Assembly (NCBI GenBank): GCA_964642205.1 | Contig: CAZXNY010000001.1 | Coordinates: 1 to 53,371, forward strand | Direction: 5' to 3' | DNA: 53,371 nucleotides | Source of the DNA: an uncultured Caulobacteraceae bacterium | Lineage (GTDB): Bacteria; Pseudomonadota; Alphaproteobacteria; Caulobacterales; Aquidulcibacteraceae | Shown: positions 8,234 through 16,902 of the stretch, piece after piece | Layout: every line of letters starts with the position of its first letter | Numbering within the stretch: position 1 is the stretch's first letter | Position numbers and translations under genes: made by a program | Notes under the pieces: model-generated | What the model was told of the DNA's origin: nothing | Database searches by the model: none | What the model saw: the letters and a program-made list of their open reading frames with translations, nothing else

Positions 8234-9424
8234 ATGAAGCCGTTGGAAGGCGTGAAGGTTTTGGACTTGAGCCACGCGCTCTCGGGGCCGACCTGCACGC
8301 AGATGCTCGCCCTCCTCGGCGCGGATGTGATCAAGATTGAGCGGCCGGGCGTCGGTGACGATTTCCGCCATTACACCGAGCACGCCGGCCTGCCGGGCAT
8401 GAGCGTGCCGTTCGCGGCGACGAACACCGGCAAGAAATCGCTCACGCTCGATTTCAAGCATCCGCGCGCGCGCGACGTGATCCACCGGCTCGCGAAACAG
8501 TCGGATTTGCTCGTCGAAAATTTCCGGCCTGGCGTGCCGAAGAAGTTCGGCCTCGACTACGAGACCATGAAAACCGTGAACCCGGGTCTCGTGTACTGCT
8601 CGATCAGCGGATTCGGGCAGACGGGCGCGTTTCGCGATTGGACGGCGTACGACCACATCGTGCAGGCGATGAGCGGCATCATGTGGATGAGCGGCGAACC
8701 GGATGCGGGGCCGCTGAAAGTCGGCTTCCCGATGATCGATACGTTCACCGGCTACATGGCGGTGATTGGGCTGCTCGCCGCACTGCGCAAACGCGACCTC
8801 ACCGGCGAAGGCGATTTTGTGGATGTCGCGATGCTCGACAGCGCGTTCAAGCTGATGGGCGGTTCGCTCTCGACGTATTTCTATTCCGGCGAAATGCCGA
8901 AGCGTGCAGGAAATCGCGGCTATCGCCTCGTGGCGACGGCGGACATTTATCAAACCTCAGATGGGTACATCGCGCTAGGCGCCAACCACCAACATCAGAT
9001 CGACGCGCTCTGCCGTGTGCTGGGCGACGAGACTTTGCTCGACGATCCGCGCTTCAAGACGCATAAGGATCGCGTTGAGAACTACGAAGCGTTGAGCAAG
9101 ACGCTCGCGGATATGTTCATCAAGTTTCCAGGCGCAGAGCTGGAATCGAAGCTTTCCAGCGCGCAGGTGCCGGTTTCGATCGTGCGGGATATGGCGCAGA
9201 TCACGGCGCATACACATTTCGATGAGCGCAAAGTGTTTCTCGATGCACAGATGCCGGGCGCGAGCGAGCCGCTGAAGGTTGTCGGCCCCGGCTTTCAGAT
9301 GGCGAACGCCGAGATCGAGGCCGGCGCCGTGCCGACGCTTGGCCAGCACACGGACGATGTGCTGAAGGGACTAGGCTTCACCGCAAGCGAGATCGCATCG
9401 CTGCGCGCGGAGGGCGCGGTCTAA
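8234..9424 (+). CDS. family III CoA-transferase (CaiB/BaiF/formyl-CoA transferase-like)
   Basis: 396 aa. N-terminus MKPLEGVKVLDLSHALSGPTCTQMLALLGADVIKIERP is the hallmark family III start. An Asp-containing YCSISGFGQTG region is also present. Confidence 0.85.
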   Translation: MKPLEGVKVLDLSHALSGPTCTQMLALLGADVIKIERPGVGDDFRHYTEHAGLPGMSVPFAATNTGKKSLTLDFKHPRARDVIHRLAKQSDLLVENFRPGVPKKFGLDYETMKTVNPGLVYCSISGFGQTGAFRDWTAYDHIVQAMSGIMWMSGEPDAGPLKVGFPMIDTFTGYMAVIGLLAALRKRDLTGEGDFVDVAMLDSAFKLMGGSLSTYFYSGEMPKRAGNRGYRLVATADIYQTSDGYIALGANHQHQIDALCRVLGDETLLDDPRFKTHKDRVENYEALSKTLADMFIKFPGAELESKLSSAQVPVSIVRDMAQITAHTHFDERKVFLDAQMPGASEPLKVVGPGFQMANAEIEAGAVPTLGQHTDDVLKGLGFTASEIASLRAEGAV

Positions 9425-11367
9425 AAATCCGTCGCGAGCGTGGCGATGAAACCGCGTGGATTGTTCACGTAAAGCGCGCCGGACGATAGCACCTGCCACG
9501 CAAATGCATCGGCGACATTGGTGACTTGGAGCCGCAGCGTGTTGTTGTGGCCGCCTGCTTCAAAGCGATAGCGCATGCCTAGATCGAGCGTGGTGAACTC
9601 TTCCGTCATGAGCTGCTCGTTGCCGAGCTCCGCGAACGTGCGTGACGTTGCCGCGCGTGGGCCAGAATAGTTGAGCGCGGCGTCGACCGAGAGCCCCTCG
9701 ATCCAGGGCGTGCGATAATCGAAATTAAGACGCACGGTTGTTTCTGTCTGCCCCACCGGGCGATCGCCGATGAGGCCGTTCGTGACCGCTTCGCCTTCGA
9801 CAACAGGCTCCATCAGCACGACGCCCGCAACGACGTTGAGCCGATCCGTCACCGCGCCGCTCAGGGAAATCTCCGCGCCGCGGTGCCGCTCATCGCCAAG
9901 TTGGCGGAAGATGTTCGCCCCATCGCGATTGAAGTACGGCTTCACGATATCGAAATAGCCGACCACGAGCCGCAGGCGCGGCGTGATCGCGTAGCGGAGG
10001 CCGAAATCGATTTGCTCGGTGCGGATCGCGGGCGGCGTTTCCTGGGCGTTGGCGGCGATCTCTGGCGCGACCGGGCTTTCTTCAAGGCCTTGCGTGAAAC
10101 TGCCGTAGAGCGCGAGCCGCTGCGAGAGCGTGAGCGCGAGCGTGGCGTTCGGGAGCAGCGGATCGTCCGTGGTTACGCTCGGCGCGAGACCGGGCGTCGT
10201 CACCGTCTTTTCGTAATCGACTTGCTGCACGCCGACGCTTGCTTCGCCGACGCCGCGCCAGGTGAGTTGGTACGCGAGACCGCCGGTGAATTGCGTGACT
10301 TCGTCGAAGGAAGAAACGCCATACGTCCACGCCGGCTGCGGCAGCGCGGTGCGCACGCCGATCTGCGCGGGGCCGAAATTGCGGATCGAGGCGCCTCCAA
10401 AGTTGCGGCGCCCTTCGCGTCCGCGCACCGACGCGTGGATGGTGTGCCGCAGATCCTCCCCACTCCACACGCCCGTGACGCGCGCTTCGCCGGAAAGGGC
10501 GCGCTGTTCGTTGATCGGCTCATCAGTAAAGCGGTGCACCGCGGCGACGCCCGCGCGGTCAACGTTGAGGTAGAGATCGCCGATTTGGCCATCGCTGCCG
10601 TTGTTGTGACGGAAGATGCCAGCGTTCAGCGTGACGTGCTCGGTGATCGGCGTGGTTGCGCGCACGCCGTAGGATTCGATGTAGCCATCGACGCCCGTCC
10701 AGTCCTGCGCAAAGCCGCTGGCTTCGATTTCCGGCGGAAGATACGCGCCCGCCGTGAAGAGATAGGGCGTGGCCTTATCATCAAGGCGCCGGCCGTAGCC
10801 GTAGAACGGCGTGATCTCGACGCCGGGCGCGGGCCGCCAGCGCGAGACGATCCCAAGACCCCACGGATAGACCGACTCTTCAGGAATGAATTCTTCGACG
10901 CGATAGAAGAACCCGGCGGAGATGCCGAGCTTTTGCGGAATGATGCGCGCTTCAAGATCGAGCTCGACGGAATAGGCGTCGTGCGGGCCCGCTTGGAGCA
11001 CGGTGGAGACGGCGTTGCGATCACGCACCGCGCGCAGCGTGTAGTCGCTGATGCCGGTGGGCGCGGGGAACGGATAGCTTTGCGCGGAAAGCCCCACGCG
11101 CACCTGTGTGCCCGCGACAAGGCGCGAAGGCACGTTCGAGCGCATGTCAAAATACATGCCTTCAAGGCGCACATTGCCGGCGGCGATCGGGCTAAAGCCG
11201 CGCGCATCGCGATCATTGTAGAGCCCAACGCGTTCGTTGCCGACGCTGGCGCCAAACGCATCATCTGCGCTGCGCACGGCGTTCTCATTGGCGCGCTGCG
11301 CAAAGGCCGAAGGCGCCCACGCCATCGCCGCGGCTGCCGCCGTGAGCATGAAGGCCCGCGCGCCCAT
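9421..11367 (-). CDS. TonB-dependent receptor-like outer-membrane beta-barrel protein
   Basis: Start moved to the ATG at 11367 (MGARAFMLTAAAAAMAWAPSAFAQ signal peptide), with GGGGAGA SD upstream. The sequence is alternating beta-strand-like and ends in a terminal Phe (ATLATDF). Confidence 0.75.
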   Translation of the reverse strand: MGARAFMLTAAAAAMAWAPSAFAQRANENAVRSADDAFGASVGNERVGLYNDRDARGFSPIAAGNVRLEGMYFDMRSNVPSRLVAGTQVRVGLSAQSYPFPAPTGISDYTLRAVRDRNAVSTVLQAGPHDAYSVELDLEARIIPQKLGISAGFFYRVEEFIPEESVYPWGLGIVSRWRPAPGVEITPFYGYGRRLDDKATPYLFTAGAYLPPEIEASGFAQDWTGVDGYIESYGVRATTPITEHVTLNAGIFRHNNGSDGQIGDLYLNVDRAGVAAVHRFTDEPINEQRALSGEARVTGVWSGEDLRHTIHASVRGREGRRNFGGASIRNFGPAQIGVRTALPQPAWTYGVSSFDEVTQFTGGLAYQLTWRGVGEASVGVQQVDYEKTVTTPGLAPSVTTDDPLLPNATLALTLSQRLALYGSFTQGLEESPVAPEIAANAQETPPAIRTEQIDFGLRYAITPRLRLVVGYFDIVKPYFNRDGANIFRQLGDERHRGAEISLSGAVTDRLNVVAGVVLMEPVVEGEAVTNGLIGDRPVGQTETTVRLNFDYRTPWIEGLSVDAALNYSGPRAATSRTFAELGNEQLMTEEFTTLDLGMRYRFEAGGHNNTLRLQVTNVADAFAWQVLSSGALYVNNPRGFIATLATDF

Positions 11368-11480
11368 CCCGTCTCCCCACTTATCGTTAAGGGAAGGCTG
11401 CCCGCAAATCCGTGTATATGCAAGTCTCGTTGGGCGCACGCGATATCGTGCGCGCTCGAGTGTGACTTGCCCGCCGCGCC

Positions 11481-12917
11481 TTAGGGCGACTTCGGGTGCG
11501 GCGGTGGCTCGTGGAGAATATCGGAACCGGTCATGCTCTCGAGGATCGGCGCTTGCTCAAGCATCGCGTCGCGCTGCTCGAGATCGCGGCGGATTTCTTC
11601 GTGACGCTTGTCGTCGAGCCCGTAGCCGATGAAGCACGCGCCGCCGAGCATTACGAACACGATCGGTCCAAGCAGATAGACCCAGAAGAGACCGGTGACG
11701 GCCTCCGGCGTGTTCGCTGCGCCCTCTTGCGCGTTGTATCCGACCCAAGCGAGCACGGCGAATGTCAGGAAGATCGAGACAGCGCCTGCGATCTTCTGCG
11801 TGCTGGTGATCAGCGCATAAAGCAAACCGACGCGCTGCTTGTTCTGCTCAAGCCTGATGAGATCGCCGACGTCCGCCGTCATCGCGCGCGTGAGGAGCGA
11901 GAACCCGACGGCCGCGCCGCCAAGCGTGAACATCAGGATCGCGGTTGGCCAGAACTCGCCGCGCGGCAAGAGCGGCAGGACGATCAGCCCGAGCGAATAG
12001 AGCGTGCTCGCGCCCATCAGCGTGCGGTGTTTGGAGAACATCTCCGCGAGGCGCCCGAGCACGATCGCACCGATGATGCCGGCGAAGATGTAGATCAGCA
12101 GCAGGATGTTCGCTTCGTTCTGCGAGAACTGCAGGAAATCCACGAAGAAGAAGAGAAAAAGCGCCGACATCCAGCCTGGGCCCATCGCGAGGCAGAAATC
12201 GGCCACGATCAGTCGCAGCATCGACGGCTCGACGATCAGATCCCAATATTCCTTGAGCTTGAAGTTCTCCTCCGGCGGACGCGGTTCGATCTTCTCGGGC
12301 GTGCGCAAGATCGCGAGCACGATCGTGATCGGCGTCGCGACGATCATGAACCAACCCATCGCGGGCACATGGTTCGTCGATCCTTCGCCCGGATTGAGGC
12401 TCGCCAAGAAGATCGGCGCCAGCAGCACGGCGGTGGCGCCGACGACGCCGAGCGCTTGCAGGATACCGAAGAGCCGCGAGCGCTCGTTGTACTTTGGCGC
12501 AAGCACCGAGGCCCAGGACGAGTGCGACAGCGCGATGATCGAGAGGCCTGCATAAAGGACCAGCAGCCAGAAGATCATGTAGAGCTGATCGACGCCCTCC
12601 TGCGCCATGAACAGCATGTAGATGCCGATCATGAAGAGCGGCCCGCCGGCGATGAGCCACACGCGGTAGCGCCCAAACGCGGTGCGCGTCTTGTCCATCA
12701 CTAGGCCGAGAAACGGATCGAACACGATGTCGATCATCCGCACGATGGCGAACGCGGCGCCGACCGTGGCGAGCGAAAGCCCAAGATGGCTTGCGTAATG
12801 GCGGGGAAGGTAGACCGACATCGCCAGCGCGAGCGCGCCGACAAGAAGGTTTGGCAGGGAGAACAGGACCGCGCCCCCGAGCGGGAACGAGTATTTGGGT
12901 TGCGGCTGAGACGTCAT
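11481..12917 (-). CDS. MFS transporter, glycoside-pentoside-hexuronide (MelB-like) type
   Basis: 478 aa and about 12 hydrophobic segments. GPH-like DPFLGLVMDKTRTAFGRYRVW motif is present. AGGGAG SD is upstream. Confidence 0.8.
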   Translation of the reverse strand: MTSQPQPKYSFPLGGAVLFSLPNLLVGALALAMSVYLPRHYASHLGLSLATVGAAFAIVRMIDIVFDPFLGLVMDKTRTAFGRYRVWLIAGGPLFMIGIYMLFMAQEGVDQLYMIFWLLVLYAGLSIIALSHSSWASVLAPKYNERSRLFGILQALGVVGATAVLLAPIFLASLNPGEGSTNHVPAMGWFMIVATPITIVLAILRTPEKIEPRPPEENFKLKEYWDLIVEPSMLRLIVADFCLAMGPGWMSALFLFFFVDFLQFSQNEANILLLIYIFAGIIGAIVLGRLAEMFSKHRTLMGASTLYSLGLIVLPLLPRGEFWPTAILMFTLGGAAVGFSLLTRAMTADVGDLIRLEQNKQRVGLLYALITSTQKIAGAVSIFLTFAVLAWVGYNAQEGAANTPEAVTGLFWVYLLGPIVFVMLGGACFIGYGLDDKRHEEIRRDLEQRDAMLEQAPILESMTGSDILHEPPPHPKSP

Positions 12918-13057
12918 GGGGCTCCCTAAAGTGGCTTATCGGCCCGCCGGCCCGCGTTCTCCGCCGCGTGGTTCCGTTCTCGGGCGCCGCCGCGCGCCTG
13001 TCTATCGGGTTGGCCATCGCCAGCCGCTCACGAACCCGCTAGCCGCGCCTGACGGCC

Positions 13058-13077
13058 TCTAGAATGACCTTTCTAGA
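13058..13077. promoter_or_regulatory. 20-bp palindrome TCTAGAA-TGACCT-TTCTAGA, candidate operator upstream of the phasin gene
   Basis: Perfect 7-nt inverted repeat with a 6-nt spacer, AT-rich in a GC-rich intergenic region, 46 nt upstream of the phasin ATG. A TetR gene is adjacent. Confidence 0.45.
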
Positions 13078-13123
13078 CGTCTCGGCGTAGGGGTGGCGCA
13101 ACGGAAAACCGCTGGAGACACCC

Positions 13124-13597
13124 ATGCCCGCCGCGAAGAAAACCACCACCCGCACGGCCAAGACCGCCGCCGCTGCCGTTGACGCGAACGACACCGCCCG
13201 CCGCATCTGGCTGGCTGGCGTCGGCGCCTATGGCCGCCTCTTCCAGGAAGCCCAAGGCCAAGTCGAAAAGGTCGCCGGCACGGCGAACGAGGCGTTCGAC
13301 CAACTGGTCGCCCGCGGCGAAGCCGTCGAGCACATCGTGCGCGCCAAGATCTCGGAAAACGAAGCCGCTCAGAAGGTGGCCGGCGTCGTTGAGCAGATCA
13401 GCGATTTCCGCGCCGAACGCCGCGCCGCGCTCGAAGCGCGCGTCGAAACCGTCCGCAAAGCGGTTGGCGAAACCATCGCGCCGTTCAATCCGCTCGCGCT
13501 GATGAAGACCGTGCAGACGCTGCAAACGCGCGTCGATGCGCTGGAAGCTGAGGTCGCGCGCTTGAAGCGCCCCGCGCGTAAGACGGCGAAGGCCTAA
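13124..13597 (+). CDS. PHA granule-associated protein (phasin, PhaF/PhaI-type)
   Basis: 157 aa. RRIWLAGVGAYGRLFQEAQ...FDQLVARGE matches my recollection of the Pseudomonas-type phasin N-domain. It has a coiled-coil-like middle and short Lys/Ala-rich ends. GGAGA SD is upstream. Confidence 0.75.
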   Translation: MPAAKKTTTRTAKTAAAAVDANDTARRIWLAGVGAYGRLFQEAQGQVEKVAGTANEAFDQLVARGEAVEHIVRAKISENEAAQKVAGVVEQISDFRAERRAALEARVETVRKAVGETIAPFNPLALMKTVQTLQTRVDALEAEVARLKRPARKTAKA

Positions 13598-14187
13598 GCT
13601 CGCGCCAGCGCCGCTACCGGAGCCATCACTTCGGCGGCGGCGCGCGCGATGCGCGCTTTTGCCGGCGCATCGTCGCCTTCCAGATCGAGCTGCGTGAGTT
13701 TGAAGCCGAGTCCGAGCGTGACCGCGCGGGCGAGGCCATCGAGCACGGCGGGATCGGTGGGAAGTACGCCGCGCGCTGCCAAGCAAGCGAGCATGTGCGC
13801 CGCACCCGCGTCGAACGCCGCGAACACGCGCGCGTAGCGATCGGAAAGCCCCGGAAAAAGCTGCGCAAGCGCGCCCGCTTCGCGAAACAGGAACCGGACG
13901 TCATGGCCCTCTTCCATCAGGATATGGACATGCACCGCCATCGTTTCGATGCTGGCGCCGTCACTCTCCATTTCGCCACACGCGGCTTCGAGCACGAGCG
14001 AAAGCTCGCTCTCGTAGACGTCGAACAAGGCGGCCACGATCTCGGCCTTGCCTTTGAAATGGTAGTAGAGGTGACCAGGGCTTATGCCGAGCGCTGACGC
14101 GATATCGACCGCGCTCGCGGACGCTGCGCCCTCTTCGTTAAAGAGGTCGAGCGCGCCGGCCAGAATGCGATCCTTAATGCTAGCCAC
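13594..14187 (-). CDS. TetR-family transcriptional regulator (PhaD-like position in the PHA cluster)
   Basis: Trimmed to the GTG at 14187 (VASIKDRILAGALDLFNEEGAASASAVDIASALGISPGHLYYHFKGK, a TetR helix-turn-helix). GGGGAG SD lies 5 nt upstream. 197 aa. Confidence 0.8.
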   Translation of the reverse strand: MASIKDRILAGALDLFNEEGAASASAVDIASALGISPGHLYYHFKGKAEIVAALFDVYESELSLVLEAACGEMESDGASIETMAVHVHILMEEGHDVRFLFREAGALAQLFPGLSDRYARVFAAFDAGAAHMLACLAARGVLPTDPAVLDGLARAVTLGLGFKLTQLDLEGDDAPAKARIARAAAEVMAPVAALARA

Positions 14188-14335
14188 GGGGCTCCCCTCG
14201 GGCGCGCTCTCGCTCGGGCCGAAGCGCATTGACTTAGACGCATACAGCGCCGCACCTTTCCTCATCTTGAACCGAACAGGCGAAACTGGGCGGCCGGCGC
14301 GACGGCCAAAGACCCGGGTCGCAGGGAGACGTCCG

Positions 14336-16060
14336 ATGGCCAAAGACAAGCTCGATTTGGGCGGAGACGCGCCTGACAATGTGGTGGCGCTGAACCCGAT
14401 CGTGGGGCTCGCGCGCGAAGACCTCGTCGGCGCCGTGGCCGTGATGCTGCGCGAAACAGCGGGAAAACCCGTGACCGGCGCCAAGCACCTCAAGTCGTTC
14501 GGCGAAGATGTGCTGAAGATCGTTCAGGACAAATCGGAACTTGCGCCCAACCCGCGCGACAAGCGCTTCCTCGATTCCACGTGGCGCACGAACCGCTTCT
14601 ACAAAGCGAGCATGCAATATTACCTCGCCGTCCAGAAAGGCGTGGACGGCTGGATGAAGGATCTGCACCTCGACGAGCTTGAGCGCGCGCGTGCGAACTT
14701 CGTTGTGTCGATGCTGATGGATTCAATTTCGCCGACGAACACGCTGATCGGCAACCCGTCGGCCATCAAGAAAGCGTTCGAGACCGGCGGCGGCTCGCTT
14801 ATTCGCGGCCTCAAGAACGCCTATACGGACATCACCGAGAACGACGGCCTGGTGAGCCAGGTCGATAAGCGCCCGTTCAAGATCGGCGAGAACGTCGCCG
14901 TCTCGAAGGGCTCAGTCGTCCATCGCACGGAGATGATGGAGCTGATCCAGTATCAGCCGACCACGCCGGACGTGCACAAGATTCCGCTGCTGATCATCCC
15001 GCCGCAGATCAACAAGTTCTACGTGAACGATCTGACGCCGGAAAAGAGCATCGTGAAATTCCTGCTCGAAGCGGGCATTCAGGTGTTCGTCGTCAGCTGG
15101 CGCAATCCGGAGGCGGAGCATCGCGACTGGGGCCTCGGCGCATATGTCGATCAACTGATCGAAGCGACGGATGTGATCGCGCAGATCACCAAGACCAAGA
15201 AGATCAACGTTTCGGGCGCGTGCTCGGGCGGGATCACCACCGCGACGCTTTTGTCGAAGCTTGCGGCGGCGGGCGACAAGCGCGTCAACTCCGTCGTGCT
15301 GATGGTGTGCGTGCTCGATCCGCGCGCGAACGATAGCGAAGTCGGCTCGCTCGTGTCGAAAAACGGCATCGAGATGGCGCGGCGGCGCTCCGCGAAGAAG
15401 GGCGTGCTGGAAGGCGCATCGCTCGCGCGCACGTTCGCGTGGCTGCGGCCGAACGATCTGGTCTGGAACTACGTCGTCAACAACTACCTACATGGCGAGG
15501 ATCCGCCGCCGTTCGACGTGCTGTTCTGGAACAACGATTCCACAAACCTCCCCGCCGCGCTGCATTCGGATTATCTGCGCGTGTACGAAGAGCAGCCGTT
15601 TACGCGGCCAGGCGAAGTCGAGCTTGCTGGCCACAAGGTCGATCTCACCAAGGTCACGCAAGATACGTTCATCGTTGGCGGCGTGACCGATCACATCACG
15701 CCGTGGAAAGCGTGCTATCGCGCCACGCAATTGCTGGGCTCGGAGAACATCGAGTTCATCCTCTCGCACAGCGGACACATTCAGGCGTTGCTCAATCCGC
15801 CCGGTAATCCGAAGGCGAAATATTATCGCAACACCAACAAGCCGCCGGCCGATGTCGATCAATGGATGATGGCGGGCGCGAGCGAGAACGCTGGCTCGTG
15901 GTGGCCGCTTTGGAAGGAATGGCTCGTCGCGCGCTCGGGCGAACAGAAGCCCGCGCCGAAGAAAGTCGGCTCCGTCAAATATCCGCCGGGCGATGCAGCG
16001 CCGGGCCAGTACGCGCTGACGCCAAGCAAGGCGACTCGCCGCAAAAAGAAGACCGCATGA
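14336..16060 (+). CDS. phaC: class II-like poly(3-hydroxyalkanoate) synthase
   Basis: Trimmed to the ATG at 14336 (AGGGAGA SD), giving 574 aa. Long blocks match my recollection of Pseudomonas PhaC1: LNPIVGL, ELIQYQPTT, PLLIIPPQINKFYV, VSWRNP, lipase box GACSGG, FAWLRPNDLVWNYVVNNYL, FWNNDSTNLPAA, DHITPWKACY, SGHIQALLNPPGNPK. Confidence 0.9.
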   Translation: MAKDKLDLGGDAPDNVVALNPIVGLAREDLVGAVAVMLRETAGKPVTGAKHLKSFGEDVLKIVQDKSELAPNPRDKRFLDSTWRTNRFYKASMQYYLAVQKGVDGWMKDLHLDELERARANFVVSMLMDSISPTNTLIGNPSAIKKAFETGGGSLIRGLKNAYTDITENDGLVSQVDKRPFKIGENVAVSKGSVVHRTEMMELIQYQPTTPDVHKIPLLIIPPQINKFYVNDLTPEKSIVKFLLEAGIQVFVVSWRNPEAEHRDWGLGAYVDQLIEATDVIAQITKTKKINVSGACSGGITTATLLSKLAAAGDKRVNSVVLMVCVLDPRANDSEVGSLVSKNGIEMARRRSAKKGVLEGASLARTFAWLRPNDLVWNYVVNNYLHGEDPPPFDVLFWNNDSTNLPAALHSDYLRVYEEQPFTRPGEVELAGHKVDLTKVTQDTFIVGGVTDHITPWKACYRATQLLGSENIEFILSHSGHIQALLNPPGNPKAKYYRNTNKPPADVDQWMMAGASENAGSWWPLWKEWLVARSGEQKPAPKKVGSVKYPPGDAAPGQYALTPSKATRRKKKTA

Positions 16061-16902
16061 CCGATCCTCAACCGCATTTCGAATACGTCTCCGCGGAAGG
16101 GCGCACCGTGCGCGCGGCGCTCTGGCGCGCCCCGAAGCCGCCAGCGGGCGCGAAATATCCGCCGATCCTGTTTTTCAACGGAATCGGCGCGAATATCGAG
16201 CTGATGAGCCCGCTCGCGACGTGGTTTCCCGATCGCGATATTCTGACGTTCGACATGCCGGGCGTTGGCGGTTCGCCGCCGCCGGTTCTGCCCTATCGCC
16301 CATGGATGATCGCGCGCCTCGCCGCCAAGATTCTCGATCATTTCGGCTATCGCGAATGCGATGTGATGGGCGTGTCGTGGGGCGGCGGGCTGGCGCAGCA
16401 GTTCGCGTTGCAGCACGGCAAACGCGTCCGCAAACTCATCCTCGCGGCGACATCGACGGGCGCGCTGATGGTGCCGGGCGATGTGCGCACGCTCTCGAAG
16501 ATGGCCTCGCCGCGCCGCTATTTCGATCCGCGTTACATGAAGCAGCACTTCGAAACGCTGTACGGCGATGAAGCTGCGGGCGGCGCCGATGGACACGTCA
16601 GCCGCATCTCGCCGCCGACGCGCATAGGCTATCTCTATCAGCTCACCGCGATGATCGGCTGGACGAGCGCGCACTTCCTGCCGTTCATCAAACAGCCGAC
16701 GCTCGTGCTGATGGGCGACAAAGATTCTATCGTGCCGTTGATAAATGGTCGTATCCTCGCGCGTCTTTTGCCGCGCGCACGGCTTGAAATCGTCGAGGGC
16801 GCCGGGCACTTGTTCCTGGTGACGAAAGCCGAAGACTCTGCACGGCGCATCCGCGCCTTCCTCGAAGAGCCGACTGCCGCTGCGTCAGCACGCAGCGTCT
16901 AA
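16057..16902 (+). CDS. phaZ: intracellular PHA depolymerase (alpha/beta hydrolase)
   Basis: Trimmed to the ATG at 16057, which overlaps the phaC stop (ATGA). 281 aa. FFNGIGANIEL, DMPGVGGS, GVSWGG lipase box, KLILAAT, MASPRRY and PTLVLMGDKDSIVPLIN match remembered Pseudomonas PhaZ. Confidence 0.88.
   Translation: MTDPQPHFEYVSAEGRTVRAALWRAPKPPAGAKYPPILFFNGIGANIELMSPLATWFPDRDILTFDMPGVGGSPPPVLPYRPWMIARLAAKILDHFGYRECDVMGVSWGGGLAQQFALQHGKRVRKLILAATSTGALMVPGDVRTLSKMASPRRYFDPRYMKQHFETLYGDEAAGGADGHVSRISPPTRIGYLYQLTAMIGWTSAHFLPFIKQPTLVLMGDKDSIVPLINGRILARLLPRARLEIVEGAGHLFLVTKAEDSARRIRAFLEEPTAAASARSV

Noticed and set aside
12956-12979. Three GTTC words (GTTC-N11-GTTC-N1-GTTC) between the MFS and phasin genes, which might be a LexA box.
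   Set aside because: The spacing is not the N7 required by the alphaproteobacterial LexA consensus, and the neighbouring genes are not SOS-type.
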